Assembly: GCA_900539755.1 (NCBI GenBank)
Contig: UQDC01000006.1
Location: forward strand, 45,177-109,176
Length of the DNA: 64,000 bases
Direction: 5' to 3'
From: an uncultured Alistipes sp.
Lineage (GTDB): Bacteria > Bacteroidota > Bacteroidia > Bacteroidales > Rikenellaceae
Part shown: positions 1 through 10,809 of the stretch, one piece after another
Layout: each line of letters starts with the position of its first letter
How positions within the stretch are numbered: the stretch's first letter is position 1
Position numbers and translations under genes: made by a program
Notes under the pieces: generated by a model
Told to the model about the DNA's origin: nothing
The model's database searches: none
Seen by the model: only the letters and a program-made list of their open reading frames with translations

Positions 1-1502
1 ATAAAACGGTTGCGCAATGGGTGTGACTCCAAATGGGAGTACAGAGCTTCGACATCTGCAAAATGGGAGAAAACGGGCGATGTGTGATCCGAAACGCTGG
101 TTGCTGAAGACCCTTTGTGTGCGTTGTCGGCGTTATTTGTCTTTATGGATTCAGGTGTAGCTGTTGCTGTCTTTTCTGAGTTTCCGGAGGTAATTGCATG
201 TTGCGCCAAAACAGCACTGAAATGTTCTCCTACCAAATAGGCTTCAGCAATATTGAGCCGTTGCAACAAGGTGACAATCTGTTCATGCTCTTCAGCCGAA
301 TAGCTGCCCAATTCTGCCATATCCCCTAAGATGACCACTTTCGGGAGATCCGAAGACGATGTGGCAAAGTTCTCCAGTGCAGCCTGCATGCTGGACGGAT
401 TGGCGTTATACGCATCCTTGATCAAGGTGTTGTGGGCTGTAACCTGTTTTTGAGAACGGTTGTTGTCGGGAATGTAGCTGGAGATGGCCTCTACTGCATC
501 TTCCGGTGCAACGGCAAAATAGGAAGCCATAGCTAAAGCTGCCGCAATATTGTTGAGATTGTAATCACCGACCAGATGGCTGTGAATGGTCTGCCCCTCC
601 CAACGAACACCAATGAACTCACCGCTATTGTCTCGTTCCAGCTGGGAGGTACTGTATGGTACAGCAAACAGATCGGGCCGTTCATTGACCATCCCTTCCA
701 AAGTCTGGTCATCCCGTAAATAAAAGGCGGTTCCCCTGTTTGCCGCCAGATAATCGAGCAATTCACCTTTTCCTTTGCGAATTCCTTCTGCTCCACCGAA
801 TCCTTCGAGGTGAGCTCGACCAATATTGGTAATCAATCCGAAGTCAGGCTGTGCGATTTTGCAAAGCAGTTCGATCTCGTGCTGGTGACTGGCTCCCATC
901 TCCACAACGGCAAAATCGGTATCGGCTGTCATGGATAACAGCGTCAATGGAACTCCGATATGGTTGTTCAAATTGCCTTGCGTAACGGTGGTCGCATACT
1001 TTTTGGAGAGAGTACGTCCGATCAGCTCTTTGGTTGTGGTCTTGCCATTGCTTCCGGTAATGGCCAAAATCATCACTCCCAATTCATGACGATGGTATGC
1101 TGCCAAAGCCTGAAGAGCCTTCAAGGTATCGGGAACCAGAATGTATCGTGGATCCCGTTTAGGCTTGTTTTCATCATCGTTGTGCGTGTCGTCATGGCTG
1201 TCGCAAATGTAACTCTCCTGCTCATCCTCTTCGTCATAAAGAGCGTGATCGTGATGATGATGCCCGCAGGAGCAAGGTTCAGGATCGATGATTGGAATGA
1301 CTTTCGGGTTGTCAACAACAGCTAAAATAGCCCCATTGTCCAAAGCAGTCGCTGCGAATTGATTGCCATCGAAATGTTCGCCGTGCAGTGCGAAAAACAG
1401 TGACCCTGGCTCAATTTTGCGGCTGTCGGTTGAAATGTGCGGATGCAACAGGAAGGTTTCGTATAACTCTTTCAGCGTTTTGCTGTCCATGATTTCGCTC
1501 AT
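1..1502 (-). CDS. murF: UDP-N-acetylmuramoyl-tripeptide--D-alanyl-D-alanine ligase MurF, truncated at the window edge, with a His/Asp/Cys-rich insertion
   Basis: Minus-strand translation from the ATG at 1502 reads MSEIMDSKTLKELYETFLL...TDSRKIEPGSLFFALHGEHFDGNQFA, then ITGSNGKTTTKE (P-loop), then the C-terminal VILGDMAELG motif. The frame continues past position 1. Confidence 0.85.
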   Translation of the reverse strand, partial: MSEIMDSKTLKELYETFLLHPHISTDSRKIEPGSLFFALHGEHFDGNQFAATALDNGAILAVVDNPKVIPIIDPEPCSCGHHHHDHALYDEEDEQESYICDSHDDTHNDDENKPKRDPRYILVPDTLKALQALAAYHRHELGVMILAITGSNGKTTTKELIGRTLSKKYATTVTQGNLNNHIGVPLTLLSMTADTDFAVVEMGASHQHEIELLCKIAQPDFGLITNIGRAHLEGFGGAEGIRKGKGELLDYLAANRGTAFYLRDDQTLEGMVNERPDLFAVPYSTSQLERDNSGEFIGVRWEGQTIHSHLVGDYNLNNIAAALAMASYFAVAPEDAVEAISSYIPDNNRSQKQVTAHNTLIKDAYNANPSSMQAALENFATSSSDLPKVVILGDMAELGSYSAEEHEQIVTLLQRLNIAEAYLVGEHFSAVLAQHAITSGNSEKTATATPESIKTNNADNAHKGSSATSVSDHTSPVFSHFADVEALYSHLESHPLRNRF

Positions 1503-1611
1503 AGTGCTTCACTTGAAAAACTGCAAAGTGACTCCGACCTTTCTGTTGTTCATCGAGAAACAGAGTTTACACCCCTCTGTTTCCCTATTGGCATGTATAG
1601 GCCGGATGCCC

Positions 1612-2697
1612 TTAAATAAATTTATCACCAATCTTATAGTTGACGTCGTCGATGAACTTTTTGATGTTTTGTTCGTTTTGTTTGGGACAGATCATTAACA
1701 CATCGTCCGTATCTACCACGATAAAATCCTCAAGTCCTTCGATGACGACCAATTTGTCTTTTTTACCCTTCACGATGCAGCCCCGGGTGTCGTATAGCAT
1801 ACAGGTCTGACTTTCGACATTCCCCTCCGTGTCTTTTGTGGAGTGTTGATACAGAGAGCCCCAAGTGCCAATGTCGGACCATCCGAAATTGCTGCAGCGA
1901 ACATATACATTACGTGCCTTTTCCATCACTCCAAAGTCAATCGAAATTCCCCGGCATTCTGGATAGATCTCGTTGATTGCCAGCTGCTCTTCAGGGGTAT
2001 TGTATTTGTCTTTGGCGGAGGCGAACAACTGCTGCATCTCCGGTAAAAATTCCGCAAGACTCTCCATGATCGTATCCACTTTCCAAATGAAGATGCCGGA
2101 ATTCCAGAAAAATTCACCGCTCTCAACAAACAGCTTTGCCATCTCGAGATTGGGCTTTTCCGTAAAGGTCTTGACCTTATGGATCGCAGCAAATCCGTCA
2201 GCAGACTCAGTTTCGATTTGAATATACCCATAGCCGGTGTCAGGACGGCTCGGATGAATTCCGATGGTCATCATGGCATTATGGGCCTCAGCAAAGTCAG
2301 CGCTTTCGGCAATATTGTGACAAAATTCCTCTTCGTTGAGAATCAGGTGGTCAGATGGAGTAATGATCATAGTGGCTGAAGGGTTGACACTCTTCAGTCT
2401 CCATGCCGCATAGGCAATGCAAGGCGCAGTATTGCGCCCTACCGGTTCACACAATACTTGATTGTCTGTGAGTTCTGGTAGGTGGCAGAGTACCTGCTCT
2501 TTATAATTGCTGTTGGTTACTACCAAAAAATTTTCGGGTGGAATGATGCGTGCAAAACGTTCGAATGTGTGGCGGATAAAGCTTTTCCCTGTGCCTAATA
2601 CATCCAAAAATTGTTTAGGCTGTGAGCGGCGGCTGATCGGCCAGAAACGACTGCCGATACCCCCTGCCATGATGATGCAGTAGCGGTTTTTGTCCAT
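1612..2697 (-). CDS. mannose-1-phosphate guanylyltransferase (GDP-mannose pyrophosphorylase)
   Basis: 361-aa ORF with a nucleotidyltransferase N-terminus (IIMAGGIGSRFWP) and ManC-like length and C-terminal domain. Confidence 0.8.
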   Translation of the reverse strand: MDKNRYCIIMAGGIGSRFWPISRRSQPKQFLDVLGTGKSFIRHTFERFARIIPPENFLVVTNSNYKEQVLCHLPELTDNQVLCEPVGRNTAPCIAYAAWRLKSVNPSATMIITPSDHLILNEEEFCHNIAESADFAEAHNAMMTIGIHPSRPDTGYGYIQIETESADGFAAIHKVKTFTEKPNLEMAKLFVESGEFFWNSGIFIWKVDTIMESLAEFLPEMQQLFASAKDKYNTPEEQLAINEIYPECRGISIDFGVMEKARNVYVRCSNFGWSDIGTWGSLYQHSTKDTEGNVESQTCMLYDTRGCIVKGKKDKLVVIEGLEDFIVVDTDDVLMICPKQNEQNIKKFIDDVNYKIGDKFI

Positions 2698-2900
2698 ATC
2701 GTGGAGGTAAAAACGGTTTTGACTTTACAATGATACCTCTTTTTCTCGGGATAAACAAGCGTTCCATCAGCCGAGATGGGATCATCTGTCTGTTTTTTAC
2801 TAAATTTGCTGAACCTATGCTAAATTCATTTTGTAGAGCGTTGTAATTACGTTGAGTTAGGAATTTGGTTTGCAATGTACGAACAATTAATCGTTGGTTT

Positions 2901-3596
2901 ATGAAAATTAAATTATTTACCCTGCCCAATATATTGACTCTCTGTAACCTGCTTTGCGGTGCAGTTGCAGCTGTAGCGGCTTTGCGCTTCGATAATTTGC
3001 AGTGGCCGCTGCTGTTTATCGTGGCAGCCGCTGTATTCGACTTTTTAGACGGATTCGCTGCGCGCCTGTTCAAGAGTTATTCACCTCTGGGAAAAGAGTT
3101 GGATTCATTGGCCGATTGTGTCAGCTTTGGTTTCGCCCCTTCGGCGATTCTGCTGAACATATATGAAACCAGTGGGGGAGAGGGCCCATGGGGATATTTG
3201 GTCTTTATTTTGGCTGCCTTCTCGGCGCTGCGATTGGCAAAATTCAATATCGACGAAAACCAATCTACCCAGTTTATCGGTATGCCAACCCCGGCTGCCG
3301 CTCTGTTGGTGGCTGCATCGGGGTATCTGGCCGGTACCGGAATGTATATGATTAACCCGTGGTTTGCCGTCCTGTTGGCTTTCGTGTTGAGCTACCTGCT
3401 GGTGTGCAACGTGCCGATGTTCGCTCTCAAATTCAAACATTATGGATTCCGTGGCAACGAAGTGCGATATATCTTTGCAGGTTGTGCGGTGGTGGCGCTC
3501 ATCATCTGGAAAATCCTCGCTATCCCCTTTATTATAATGGCCTATGTGGCTGTCTCTATGGTGCTCATGGCGGTCCATTTCCGTAAATCGGAATAA
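2901..3596 (+). CDS. pssA: CDP-diacylglycerol--serine O-phosphatidyltransferase (CDP-alcohol phosphatidyltransferase family)
   Basis: Contains the CDP-alcohol phosphatidyltransferase motif DFLDGFAARL...GKELDSLADCVSFG and multiple TM helices. I placed the start at MKIKLFTLPN, internal to the listed ORF. Confidence 0.75.
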   Translation: MKIKLFTLPNILTLCNLLCGAVAAVAALRFDNLQWPLLFIVAAAVFDFLDGFAARLFKSYSPLGKELDSLADCVSFGFAPSAILLNIYETSGGEGPWGYLVFILAAFSALRLAKFNIDENQSTQFIGMPTPAAALLVAASGYLAGTGMYMINPWFAVLLAFVLSYLLVCNVPMFALKFKHYGFRGNEVRYIFAGCAVVALIIWKILAIPFIIMAYVAVSMVLMAVHFRKSE

Positions 3597-3668
3597 TTTT
3601 ATACCTTTGCCCAGTTTAGCTGTGTGAATTCGTAACGGATGGTGTCTCCGAAATGCAGATACAGGTTC

Positions 3669-5750
3669 ATGCGTGCGGCCTTTGTGTCGCTTTTCGCACT
3701 TTGGGGAACCTTGACCATGGCGCAGACCGGATTCTCAGGTCGTAATAATGCGTTGGGAACTGCCTATAACAATAGTCAGAACCAGATGCAGTATGGAGCT
3801 GTGGGAGGAACGGTGGATAATAACGCTACCGAGCAGAAACGTGATACCACCAAGCAGCGTAAACCTCGAAAACCTCTCGAATCCTATTTCTTTGACGATT
3901 CGACTCGTATGCGTTCCATCTTTGTTTGGAATCCAAGCCTCAAATTTAATGAGGTGAAGATGGCTACGATCGATACGATGATTAACAACTTCCAGACAGA
4001 TTATCCTTATCAGCGTGTGCGTGGTGGTGTCGGGTCTGCCTATGTGGGTACACTCGGTAGTGCTGCGGTGCCATTGGATGCCTCTTTGCGCCCGGAATAC
4101 CGTGATTTTAGCTTCGCGCAACCGTTGGATTCGTACATTGTGACGCCTGAACGGGCCTGTTTCTACAATACTAAAAAGCCCTTTACCCATTTGTCCTACT
4201 TCTTTGGCGGTCAGAAAAAGAAGTTGGAGGAGTCGCTGTGGGTGACACATGCCCAGCAGATCTCGCCTTCGACCGGAATCAATATCGATTATAAAAGTCG
4301 GGGTATGCGTGGACAATATACGAACCAGGCCTCACGGGACAAAAACCTTTCGTTGGCCTTTTCGCATACCGGCAAAAAGTATTCGATCCATGCCGGTTAT
4401 ATCTACAACATGGCCAGTCTCAAAGAGAACGGCGGTATTCTCCGGGATCAGGATGTAACCGATACGGTGTTTGATCTGCCTGAATTGTTGGATGTTTGGC
4501 TGAAAGATGCCAAAAACGAATATAAAAACAATACGTTTTATTTGACCCAGTCGTACGGTATCCCATTGCGACAGCTGAATGACAGCGTCTTTTCGATTGC
4601 GGATAGATCGTCGATTTTTATCGGCCACTCGTTTCTGTATAGCCGCTATTGGAGACGTTACACCGATACGCGGAATGGCATGAGTACGGGTGATGACGGT
4701 GAATCGTTCTATGAACATTGGTATATCAATCCGACCTCTACGCGAGACTCGACTTTCGAAAGCCTGCTCTCGAACAAGGTGTTTGTACAGATCCAGCCGT
4801 GGGACCGTAATGGTGTAGTCGGCCTGATCAATGCTGGTATAGGATTTGATGTACACCATTATTACCAGTTTGGCATGCAGGAGTACCTGTACAAGAACAA
4901 AGGTCATAATGAAAACAGTACCTATGTCTATGGCTCGGTTGAGGGCAAGGTACGCAAGTATGTCAGTTGGAATGCCGATGTGCAGTATCATCCCTTCGGT
5001 TATCGAAGCCAGGATCTGTCGATCGGCGGTGATATCCGGCTGAGTATTTTTCCCAAGGGACACCCCGTTACCCTCCAGGGAAGCGCCCGCTATGAATTGA
5101 GGACGCCCGACTACTGGATGGCTAACTACTTCTCTAACCACTATGTGTGGTCTAACTCTTTTGCGAAAGAGTCTGAGACCCGTTTCTCTGTCACGCTTTC
5201 TGCTCCCCATATCGGTGCAGAGGTGGGCGTGGATCAGGTTATCTCGACCAATAAAGTCTATTATGGTCCCGATGCCGTTCCCGTTCAACATAACGGTAGT
5301 GTCAGTGTGACGGGCCTGTATGCTCAAAAGGATTTCCGCATTGGCGGACTTCACTTGAACCACAGGGTATTGCTCCAGTTTAGCAGTGCCCAGGAGGTTG
5401 TGCCTGTGCCTCTGGCAAGTGCTTACCTCAGCTATTTCTACGAATTCAACGTGGTGAAAGGAGTCTTGAGACTCCAACTCGGTCTCGATGGCCGTTACAA
5501 CACGAAGTATTATGCGTTCGGTTACAACCCTGCCGTAGGGCAGTTCTACAACCAGCGCGAGAAAGAGTTGGGTAACTATCCGTTCGTGGACTTTTTCGTT
5601 GCGGCGAAATGGAAACGAATGCGAATCTTTGCCAAGTTGCAACACCTGAACGAAGGGCTTTTCGGTGGACGTGATTCTTTCACCGTATTGCACTACCCGC
5701 TTAACAAGCGTGTCCTCAAGGTGGGCTTCTCCTGGAGCTTCTACGACTAA
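3669..5750 (+). CDS. putative porin-family outer-membrane beta-barrel protein
   Basis: 694 aa with a signal peptide (MRAAFVSLFALWGTLTMAQTG), aromatic-rich alternating beta-strand character and a C-terminal aromatic residue (WSFYD). Confidence 0.55.
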   Translation: MRAAFVSLFALWGTLTMAQTGFSGRNNALGTAYNNSQNQMQYGAVGGTVDNNATEQKRDTTKQRKPRKPLESYFFDDSTRMRSIFVWNPSLKFNEVKMATIDTMINNFQTDYPYQRVRGGVGSAYVGTLGSAAVPLDASLRPEYRDFSFAQPLDSYIVTPERACFYNTKKPFTHLSYFFGGQKKKLEESLWVTHAQQISPSTGINIDYKSRGMRGQYTNQASRDKNLSLAFSHTGKKYSIHAGYIYNMASLKENGGILRDQDVTDTVFDLPELLDVWLKDAKNEYKNNTFYLTQSYGIPLRQLNDSVFSIADRSSIFIGHSFLYSRYWRRYTDTRNGMSTGDDGESFYEHWYINPTSTRDSTFESLLSNKVFVQIQPWDRNGVVGLINAGIGFDVHHYYQFGMQEYLYKNKGHNENSTYVYGSVEGKVRKYVSWNADVQYHPFGYRSQDLSIGGDIRLSIFPKGHPVTLQGSARYELRTPDYWMANYFSNHYVWSNSFAKESETRFSVTLSAPHIGAEVGVDQVISTNKVYYGPDAVPVQHNGSVSVTGLYAQKDFRIGGLHLNHRVLLQFSSAQEVVPVPLASAYLSYFYEFNVVKGVLRLQLGLDGRYNTKYYAFGYNPAVGQFYNQREKELGNYPFVDFFVAAKWKRMRIFAKLQHLNEGLFGGRDSFTVLHYPLNKRVLKVGFSWSFYD

Positions 5751-5786
5751 ACTGCGGGCAGGTTAGCAGCCCACAAAGTTTATTGT

Positions 5787-7151
5787 ATGCTGAAAAAAGT
5801 AAGCAAAGCGGCCCTTTGGGTCGTAATGAGTTCTTTTGTAAGTTTTTTGATTAGTTGCAACCGGTCCCCGGAAACCACCATACGCCAGCGTGGCGAATTG
5901 GTCGTGGCTATGGATGCCGAAATGCCGGGGTACTTCGTACTGGGTGGTGAAAGTTATGGATACCAGTACGATCTCTTCAAAGCGTATGCTGCCTATTTGG
6001 GTGTGCGATTGCGGGTCGTAACCGAAAAACCGCATCCCGACCGTGTCGAAGATCTCGGTACCCCTGATATTGTAGCAACGATGGCAACCCACATCAAACA
6101 CGATGACGATGGGAAAGCTCTTCCGATTTATACTTCGTCCTACGTGTTGTTGGCCAATCGTGATAAGGCTGCCGAAGCTCGTAAAATGGAACATTTCGAG
6201 CTGATCTCCTTTCTGAAAGGACGGCGCTTGTTGGTCTCTTCGGGGTTGCAGGGAACGTCATTGTATGAATCGCTGTTGGATTCGCTCTCGGGATCGAACA
6301 TCTACGTTTCGTCACGTAACAGTTTCGACATGATGGAGCTGATCCGCGATCAGAAGTATGATTTCCTGATTTGTGAGATGAGTGAAGCTCAGTTGGGAGC
6401 GGCTCTGGTGCGTGGGGTTGAGCAGGTATATGCTTTCAATGAACCGCTCGCAATCAGTGCCGTAATTGCCGATGACGAATCCCGTGAAGAGTTTGCAACT
6501 TGGCTGGACCACTTCCGTGGCAGCGAGCAATACGCAGTCCTCAATGACCTCTATTTTGAACGAGGTATCGTCGGACGTGTAATGGGAGAGGGGCTGACTG
6601 CAGCCCAGGCTGGAGGAATCTCGCCGTATGATGATCTTTTTCGCGATGTGTGTGAAAAAGAGGGATACGATTGGCGGTTGATTTCAGCGATTGCCTATAA
6701 CGAATCAAGGTTCAATCCTCATGTGGTCTCTCGAAAAGGGGCGACGGGATTGATGCAGGTGATGCCCCGTGTTGCTCAACAATTCGGTGTCGGTGGAGAT
6801 TTGACCGACCCGGCCAACAACGTGTTGTTGGCGCTCAAAGTGCTTTCAAAGATTGAAAAGTCACTCGATTTTGCCCCGGGAACCCCGTCAACCGATCGAA
6901 TGCAGATTGTGTTGGCTTGTTACAATGCGGGGATTGGCCATGTGCTCGATGCACGTAGTTTAGCTCGAAAGTATGGAGCAAATCCCGATTCCTGGGAAGA
7001 TGTCTCCGCCTATTTGAGTCGCAAGGCCGATCCGGAAGTGGCTAGTGATTCTGCGGTGAAGTGTGGCCGTTTTAACAGTTCGCAGACCCTCTCATTCGTT
7101 GATAATGTCTGCGCTAAGTACCAAACTTACTGCAGTAATTTTAGTCGGTAA
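5787..7151 (+). CDS. MltF-like membrane-bound lytic murein transglycosylase (solute-binding domain plus SLT domain), lipoprotein
   Basis: Has the lipobox LISC, an N-terminal family-3 solute-binding-like domain, and a C-terminal SLT motif AYNESRFNP...TGLMQVMP...YNAG. Confidence 0.75.
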   Translation: MLKKVSKAALWVVMSSFVSFLISCNRSPETTIRQRGELVVAMDAEMPGYFVLGGESYGYQYDLFKAYAAYLGVRLRVVTEKPHPDRVEDLGTPDIVATMATHIKHDDDGKALPIYTSSYVLLANRDKAAEARKMEHFELISFLKGRRLLVSSGLQGTSLYESLLDSLSGSNIYVSSRNSFDMMELIRDQKYDFLICEMSEAQLGAALVRGVEQVYAFNEPLAISAVIADDESREEFATWLDHFRGSEQYAVLNDLYFERGIVGRVMGEGLTAAQAGGISPYDDLFRDVCEKEGYDWRLISAIAYNESRFNPHVVSRKGATGLMQVMPRVAQQFGVGGDLTDPANNVLLALKVLSKIEKSLDFAPGTPSTDRMQIVLACYNAGIGHVLDARSLARKYGANPDSWEDVSAYLSRKADPEVASDSAVKCGRFNSSQTLSFVDNVCAKYQTYCSNFSR

Positions 7152-7226
7152 TTACCGAGTTTTTTGATCGTAGCTTGATGCTGTGGTTTCGATGAACAGT
7201 TAGAGCTTTTCAAGCTATCGATGTTG

Positions 7227-7268
7227 ACACAAAAGCGCACCAGTATTCGCTGGTGCGCTTTCTTTTTG
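7227..7268 (+). terminator. rho-independent terminator downstream of the mltF-like gene
   Basis: Hairpin aagcgcaccag/ctggtgcgctt followed by a T-run. Confidence 0.6.
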
Positions 7269-7597
7269 TGAGTTTGAGAAAATGTATTGGCCTGTTTTGT
7301 TCTTGTATTATGGGTGACACTCGTTAGTCTTTTCTGCTGAAATTTCAGGATAGGTTGTAGAGATGTGGATATAATCCAACTATTGGGAGGTTGATTATAT
7401 TGTAGTTGCAGAATGATGCTATGAAAGGTGTCAGAGAGATGAGTCTGGGGTGAATTGTGGAACTCAAGAAGTACACAATTCGATCGAGAAATCAAGTAGG
7501 GTAGGCGTGGGGCTGAAAAGAGAATTGCGGTAGGAGGAAATATTGGCCCTGCTTGTCGAAATGTCGGCAACGGTTGCTGTTTATATGTATGTGTCGA

Positions 7598-7640
7598 AGT
7601 CCTTGTCTTGATCTTGTTCTTGATCTTGTTCTTGTGCATT
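7598..7640. repeat. tandem 12-mer repeat (CTTGTTCTTGAT)x~3
   Basis: Sequence reads ccttgtcttgatcttgttcttgatcttgttcttgtg. Confidence 0.7.
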
Positions 7641-7765
7641 TCTTTGTGGATCTTTTTTTTCGTGTCTTTTGTTTTGCCCCTCGCCCTCACCCTTTACCTT
7701 CGCCCTTGCCCTCGCTTTTGCCTTTGCACTTATTGTTCTCCTTTTGTCTTGGGACGCCCTTGTTG
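7636..7765. repeat. polypyrimidine (CT-rich) tract with GCCCT/CGCCCT reiterations
   Basis: About 130 nt that are almost exclusively C/T on the + strand (ccctcgccctcaccctttaccttcgcccttgccctcgcttttgcctttgc). Confidence 0.7.
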
Positions 7766-7807
7766 TACGTGCGTTTGGGCAAGCCTCTGATGTTGGCTGC
7801 GGCTAAA

Positions 7808-7845
7808 TAAAAAAGGAGCTTATCATTCGATAAGCTCCTTTCCGT
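7808..7845 (-). terminator. rho-independent terminator of ppdK
   Basis: 12-bp stem aaggagcttatc/gataagctcctt immediately 3' of the ppdK stop, followed by a T-run on the minus strand. Confidence 0.7.
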
Positions 7846-7861
7846 TGTATTGATAGTAACC

Positions 7862-10588
7862 CTATTGCTGTTTCAATGCTGCGTGAGCAGCTGCCAAACG
7901 TGCGATGGGCACACGATAAGGCGAGCAGGATACGTAGTTGAGACCAGCGTAGTGGCAGAACTCAACTGATGAAGGCTCTCCACCATGCTCACCGCAGATA
8001 CCGCATTTGAGCTGTGGTTTCACACTGCGGCCTTTGAATACAGCCTCGCGTACGAGCTGGCCAACACCGTTGACATCCAGAACCTGGAACGGGTCATATT
8101 TGAGGATGCCCTTTTCGAGGTAGATCGGCAGGAATTTAGCCACGTCATCACGAGAGTAACCAAATGTCATCTGCGTCAGGTCATTGGTTCCGAACGAGAA
8201 GAAGTCAGCCACCTCAGCGATTTGGTTCGCTGTAACAGCAGCACGCGGGATCTCGATCATGGTACCTACAGTGTAATCAATGATGGTGTTGTGTTCTGCA
8301 AATACCTCTTGAGCTACAGCGTCGATTACAGCTTTCTGAGCACGCAATTCACGGTGAGTACCAACCAGCGGAACCATGATCTCTACGTGTACATCGATAC
8401 CTTTTTTCTTGATGTTCAAAGCGGCCTCGATGATTGCACGGGTCTGCATCTCGGTGATCTCAGGATAGGTGTTGCCCAAACGGCATCCACGGTGACCCAG
8501 CATCGGGTTTGCTTCAGCCAAGGCATCGACCTTGTTCTTGATCTCTTCGTAAGAAACACCCATTTCGGCTGCCATCTCGCGCTGCTCTTTCTCGAAGTGA
8601 GGAACGAACTCGTGCAGAGGTGGATCAAGCAGACGTACCGTAACAGGCAGACCGTTCATCGCTTCGAACAGACCCTCGAAGTCGCCACGCTGCATGGGCA
8701 GCAATTTAGCGAGGGCTTTGCGACGACCAGCCTCGTCATCTGCCAGAATCATCTCACGAACGGCTTTGATGCGGTCGCCTTCAAAGAACATGTGCTCGGT
8801 ACGGCACAGACCAATACCCTGTGCACCGAAACGGAAGGCAGCTTTTGCATCACGTGGCGTGTCGGCATTTGCACGAACCTTCAAGTGTGCAAATTCGTCT
8901 GCCAGCTCCATCAGTTTTGCGAAGTCACCGCTGACCTCTGCATCTTTGGTAGCCACCTGGCCTTCGTAAATCACACCGGTTGAACCGTTCAGTGAAATCC
9001 AGTCACCCTCTTTGTATGTTTTGTTACCAACGGTGATTGTGCGTGCTTTGTAATCGATAACCAGATCGCCTGCACCGGAAACGCAGCATTTACCCATACC
9101 ACGAGCCACAACGGCAGCGTGTGAGGTCATACCTCCACGTGCGGTGAGGATACCCTCTGACATGGTCATACCCTTCAGGTCCTCAGGTGAGGTCTCGATA
9201 CGAACCAAAATGGTCTTTTTGCCCTCAGCAGCCCATTTCTCTGCGTCATCGGCAAAGAAGACGATCTGACCTGTGGCAGCACCCGGTGATGCGGGAAGAC
9301 CTTTGGTGATGATGATTGCCTTTTTCAAAGCAGCTGCATCAAAAATCGGGTGCAGCAATTCGTCCAGTTTAGCAGGCTCTACACGCAGAACAGCGGTCTT
9401 GGCGTCGATCATACCCTCTGAGAGCATATCCATAGCGATCTTCACCATCGCAGCTCCTGTACGTTTACCGCTACGAGTCTGCAGCATCCACAGCTTGCCA
9501 CTCTGGATGGTGAACTCGATATCCTGCATATCGGTGAAGTACTCTTCGAGGTGCTGCTGAATCTCGTTCAATTCGGCAAATGCAGCCGGCATTACCTCCT
9601 CCAGTGAAGGATATTTGGTTGAACGTTCGCTCTCAGAGATACCCTGCAGCTCTGCCCAACGACGTGAACCCTCAATGGTGATCTCCTGCGGGGTGCGGAT
9701 ACCTGCAACCACATCCTCGCCCTGAGCATTAACCAGGTACTCACCGTTGAAGATGTTTTCTCCGGTTGCGGCGTCACGGGTAAAGGCTACACCGGTTGCT
9801 GAAGTTTCACCCATGTTGCCGAATACCATAGACTGTACGTTCACCGCAGTACCCCATTCAGCAGGGATGTTGTTCAGTTTACGGTACAGAATGGCACGTT
9901 CGTTCATCCAGCTGCTGAATACGGCGCAAACAGCACCCCAAAGCTGTTCCCAAGGATCAGTCGGGAAGTCCTGTCCGGTTACCTCCTTTACAGCTGCTTT
10001 GAAACGTTTTACCAGCTCTTTGAGGTCGTCGGTGGTCAGCTCGGTGTCGAGTTTTACACCCTTCTCCTCTTTTACGGCGTCGATGATCTCCTCAAACGGA
10101 TCAACATCCTCTTTGCTCTGCGGCTTCATGTTCAATACCACGTCGCCATACATCTGTACGAAACGACGGTATGAATCCCATGCAAAGCGTGGATTGTTGG
10201 TCTTTTTCGAGAGGCCCTCAACCACCTCGTCATTCAATCCGAGGTTCAGGATGGTATCCATCATACCCGGCATGGATGCGCGTGCACCTGAACGTACTGA
10301 AACCAACAACGGGTTAACGCTGTCACCGAATTTCATGTTCATGATCTCTTCAACCCCTTTCATAGCGGCTTCTACTTCGGGTTTGATCAGGCTGATAACT
10401 CCCTCGCGGCCGTGGGTGTAATATTCGGTGCACACTTCAGTCGTAATGGTGAAACCCGGAGGAACGGGGATACCGATCAGGTTCATCTCCGCAAGGTTGG
10501 CACCTTTACCACCGAGCAGCTCTCGCATCTTTCCGTTACCTTCGGCCTTTTTGTTACCGAAAGTATAGACTCTTTTCGTGTTTGGCAT
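7862..10588 (-). CDS. ppdK: pyruvate, phosphate dikinase
   Basis: 908 aa with the PEP-utilising phospho-histidine region ([19 protein letters not shown]) and the PPDK N-terminal nucleotide-binding and C-terminal PEP/pyruvate domains. Confidence 0.95.
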   Translation of the reverse strand: MPNTKRVYTFGNKKAEGNGKMRELLGGKGANLAEMNLIGIPVPPGFTITTEVCTEYYTHGREGVISLIKPEVEAAMKGVEEIMNMKFGDSVNPLLVSVRSGARASMPGMMDTILNLGLNDEVVEGLSKKTNNPRFAWDSYRRFVQMYGDVVLNMKPQSKEDVDPFEEIIDAVKEEKGVKLDTELTTDDLKELVKRFKAAVKEVTGQDFPTDPWEQLWGAVCAVFSSWMNERAILYRKLNNIPAEWGTAVNVQSMVFGNMGETSATGVAFTRDAATGENIFNGEYLVNAQGEDVVAGIRTPQEITIEGSRRWAELQGISESERSTKYPSLEEVMPAAFAELNEIQQHLEEYFTDMQDIEFTIQSGKLWMLQTRSGKRTGAAMVKIAMDMLSEGMIDAKTAVLRVEPAKLDELLHPIFDAAALKKAIIITKGLPASPGAATGQIVFFADDAEKWAAEGKKTILVRIETSPEDLKGMTMSEGILTARGGMTSHAAVVARGMGKCCVSGAGDLVIDYKARTITVGNKTYKEGDWISLNGSTGVIYEGQVATKDAEVSGDFAKLMELADEFAHLKVRANADTPRDAKAAFRFGAQGIGLCRTEHMFFEGDRIKAVREMILADDEAGRRKALAKLLPMQRGDFEGLFEAMNGLPVTVRLLDPPLHEFVPHFEKEQREMAAEMGVSYEEIKNKVDALAEANPMLGHRGCRLGNTYPEITEMQTRAIIEAALNIKKKGIDVHVEIMVPLVGTHRELRAQKAVIDAVAQEVFAEHNTIIDYTVGTMIEIPRAAVTANQIAEVADFFSFGTNDLTQMTFGYSRDDVAKFLPIYLEKGILKYDPFQVLDVNGVGQLVREAVFKGRSVKPQLKCGICGEHGGEPSSVEFCHYAGLNYVSCSPYRVPIARLAAAHAALKQQ

Positions 10589-10809
10589 ATCTTTCTTGTT
10601 TTGTGTGTGTTTTCTTTTTAAAATATTTTAATAAATTAACTGCTCTTTTGTTAAAATTTAGACTTATATCGTGGAGAACAAAGATAGTGCTTTCTCCTGA
10701 TTTACCAAAAAAATAGTCAGGTAACTTATTATCATTCTTGTTTTTCATCCTCTTCTTCGGGAATGCTCCGGAGAGCAAAACTGTCATGTGTGTAATAAAA
10801 AATCAAAAT

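Noticed and set aside
4332-5693. 453-aa minus-strand ORF inside the porin-like gene
   Set aside because: It is antisense to a signal-peptide-bearing beta-barrel gene whose coding assignment is more parsimonious.
7985-10421. Long + strand ORFs (7985-8983, 9747-10421, 8694-8969, 9273-9560) inside ppdK
   Set aside because: These are antisense shadow ORFs of a high-confidence 908-aa PPDK gene and show no independent coding signal.
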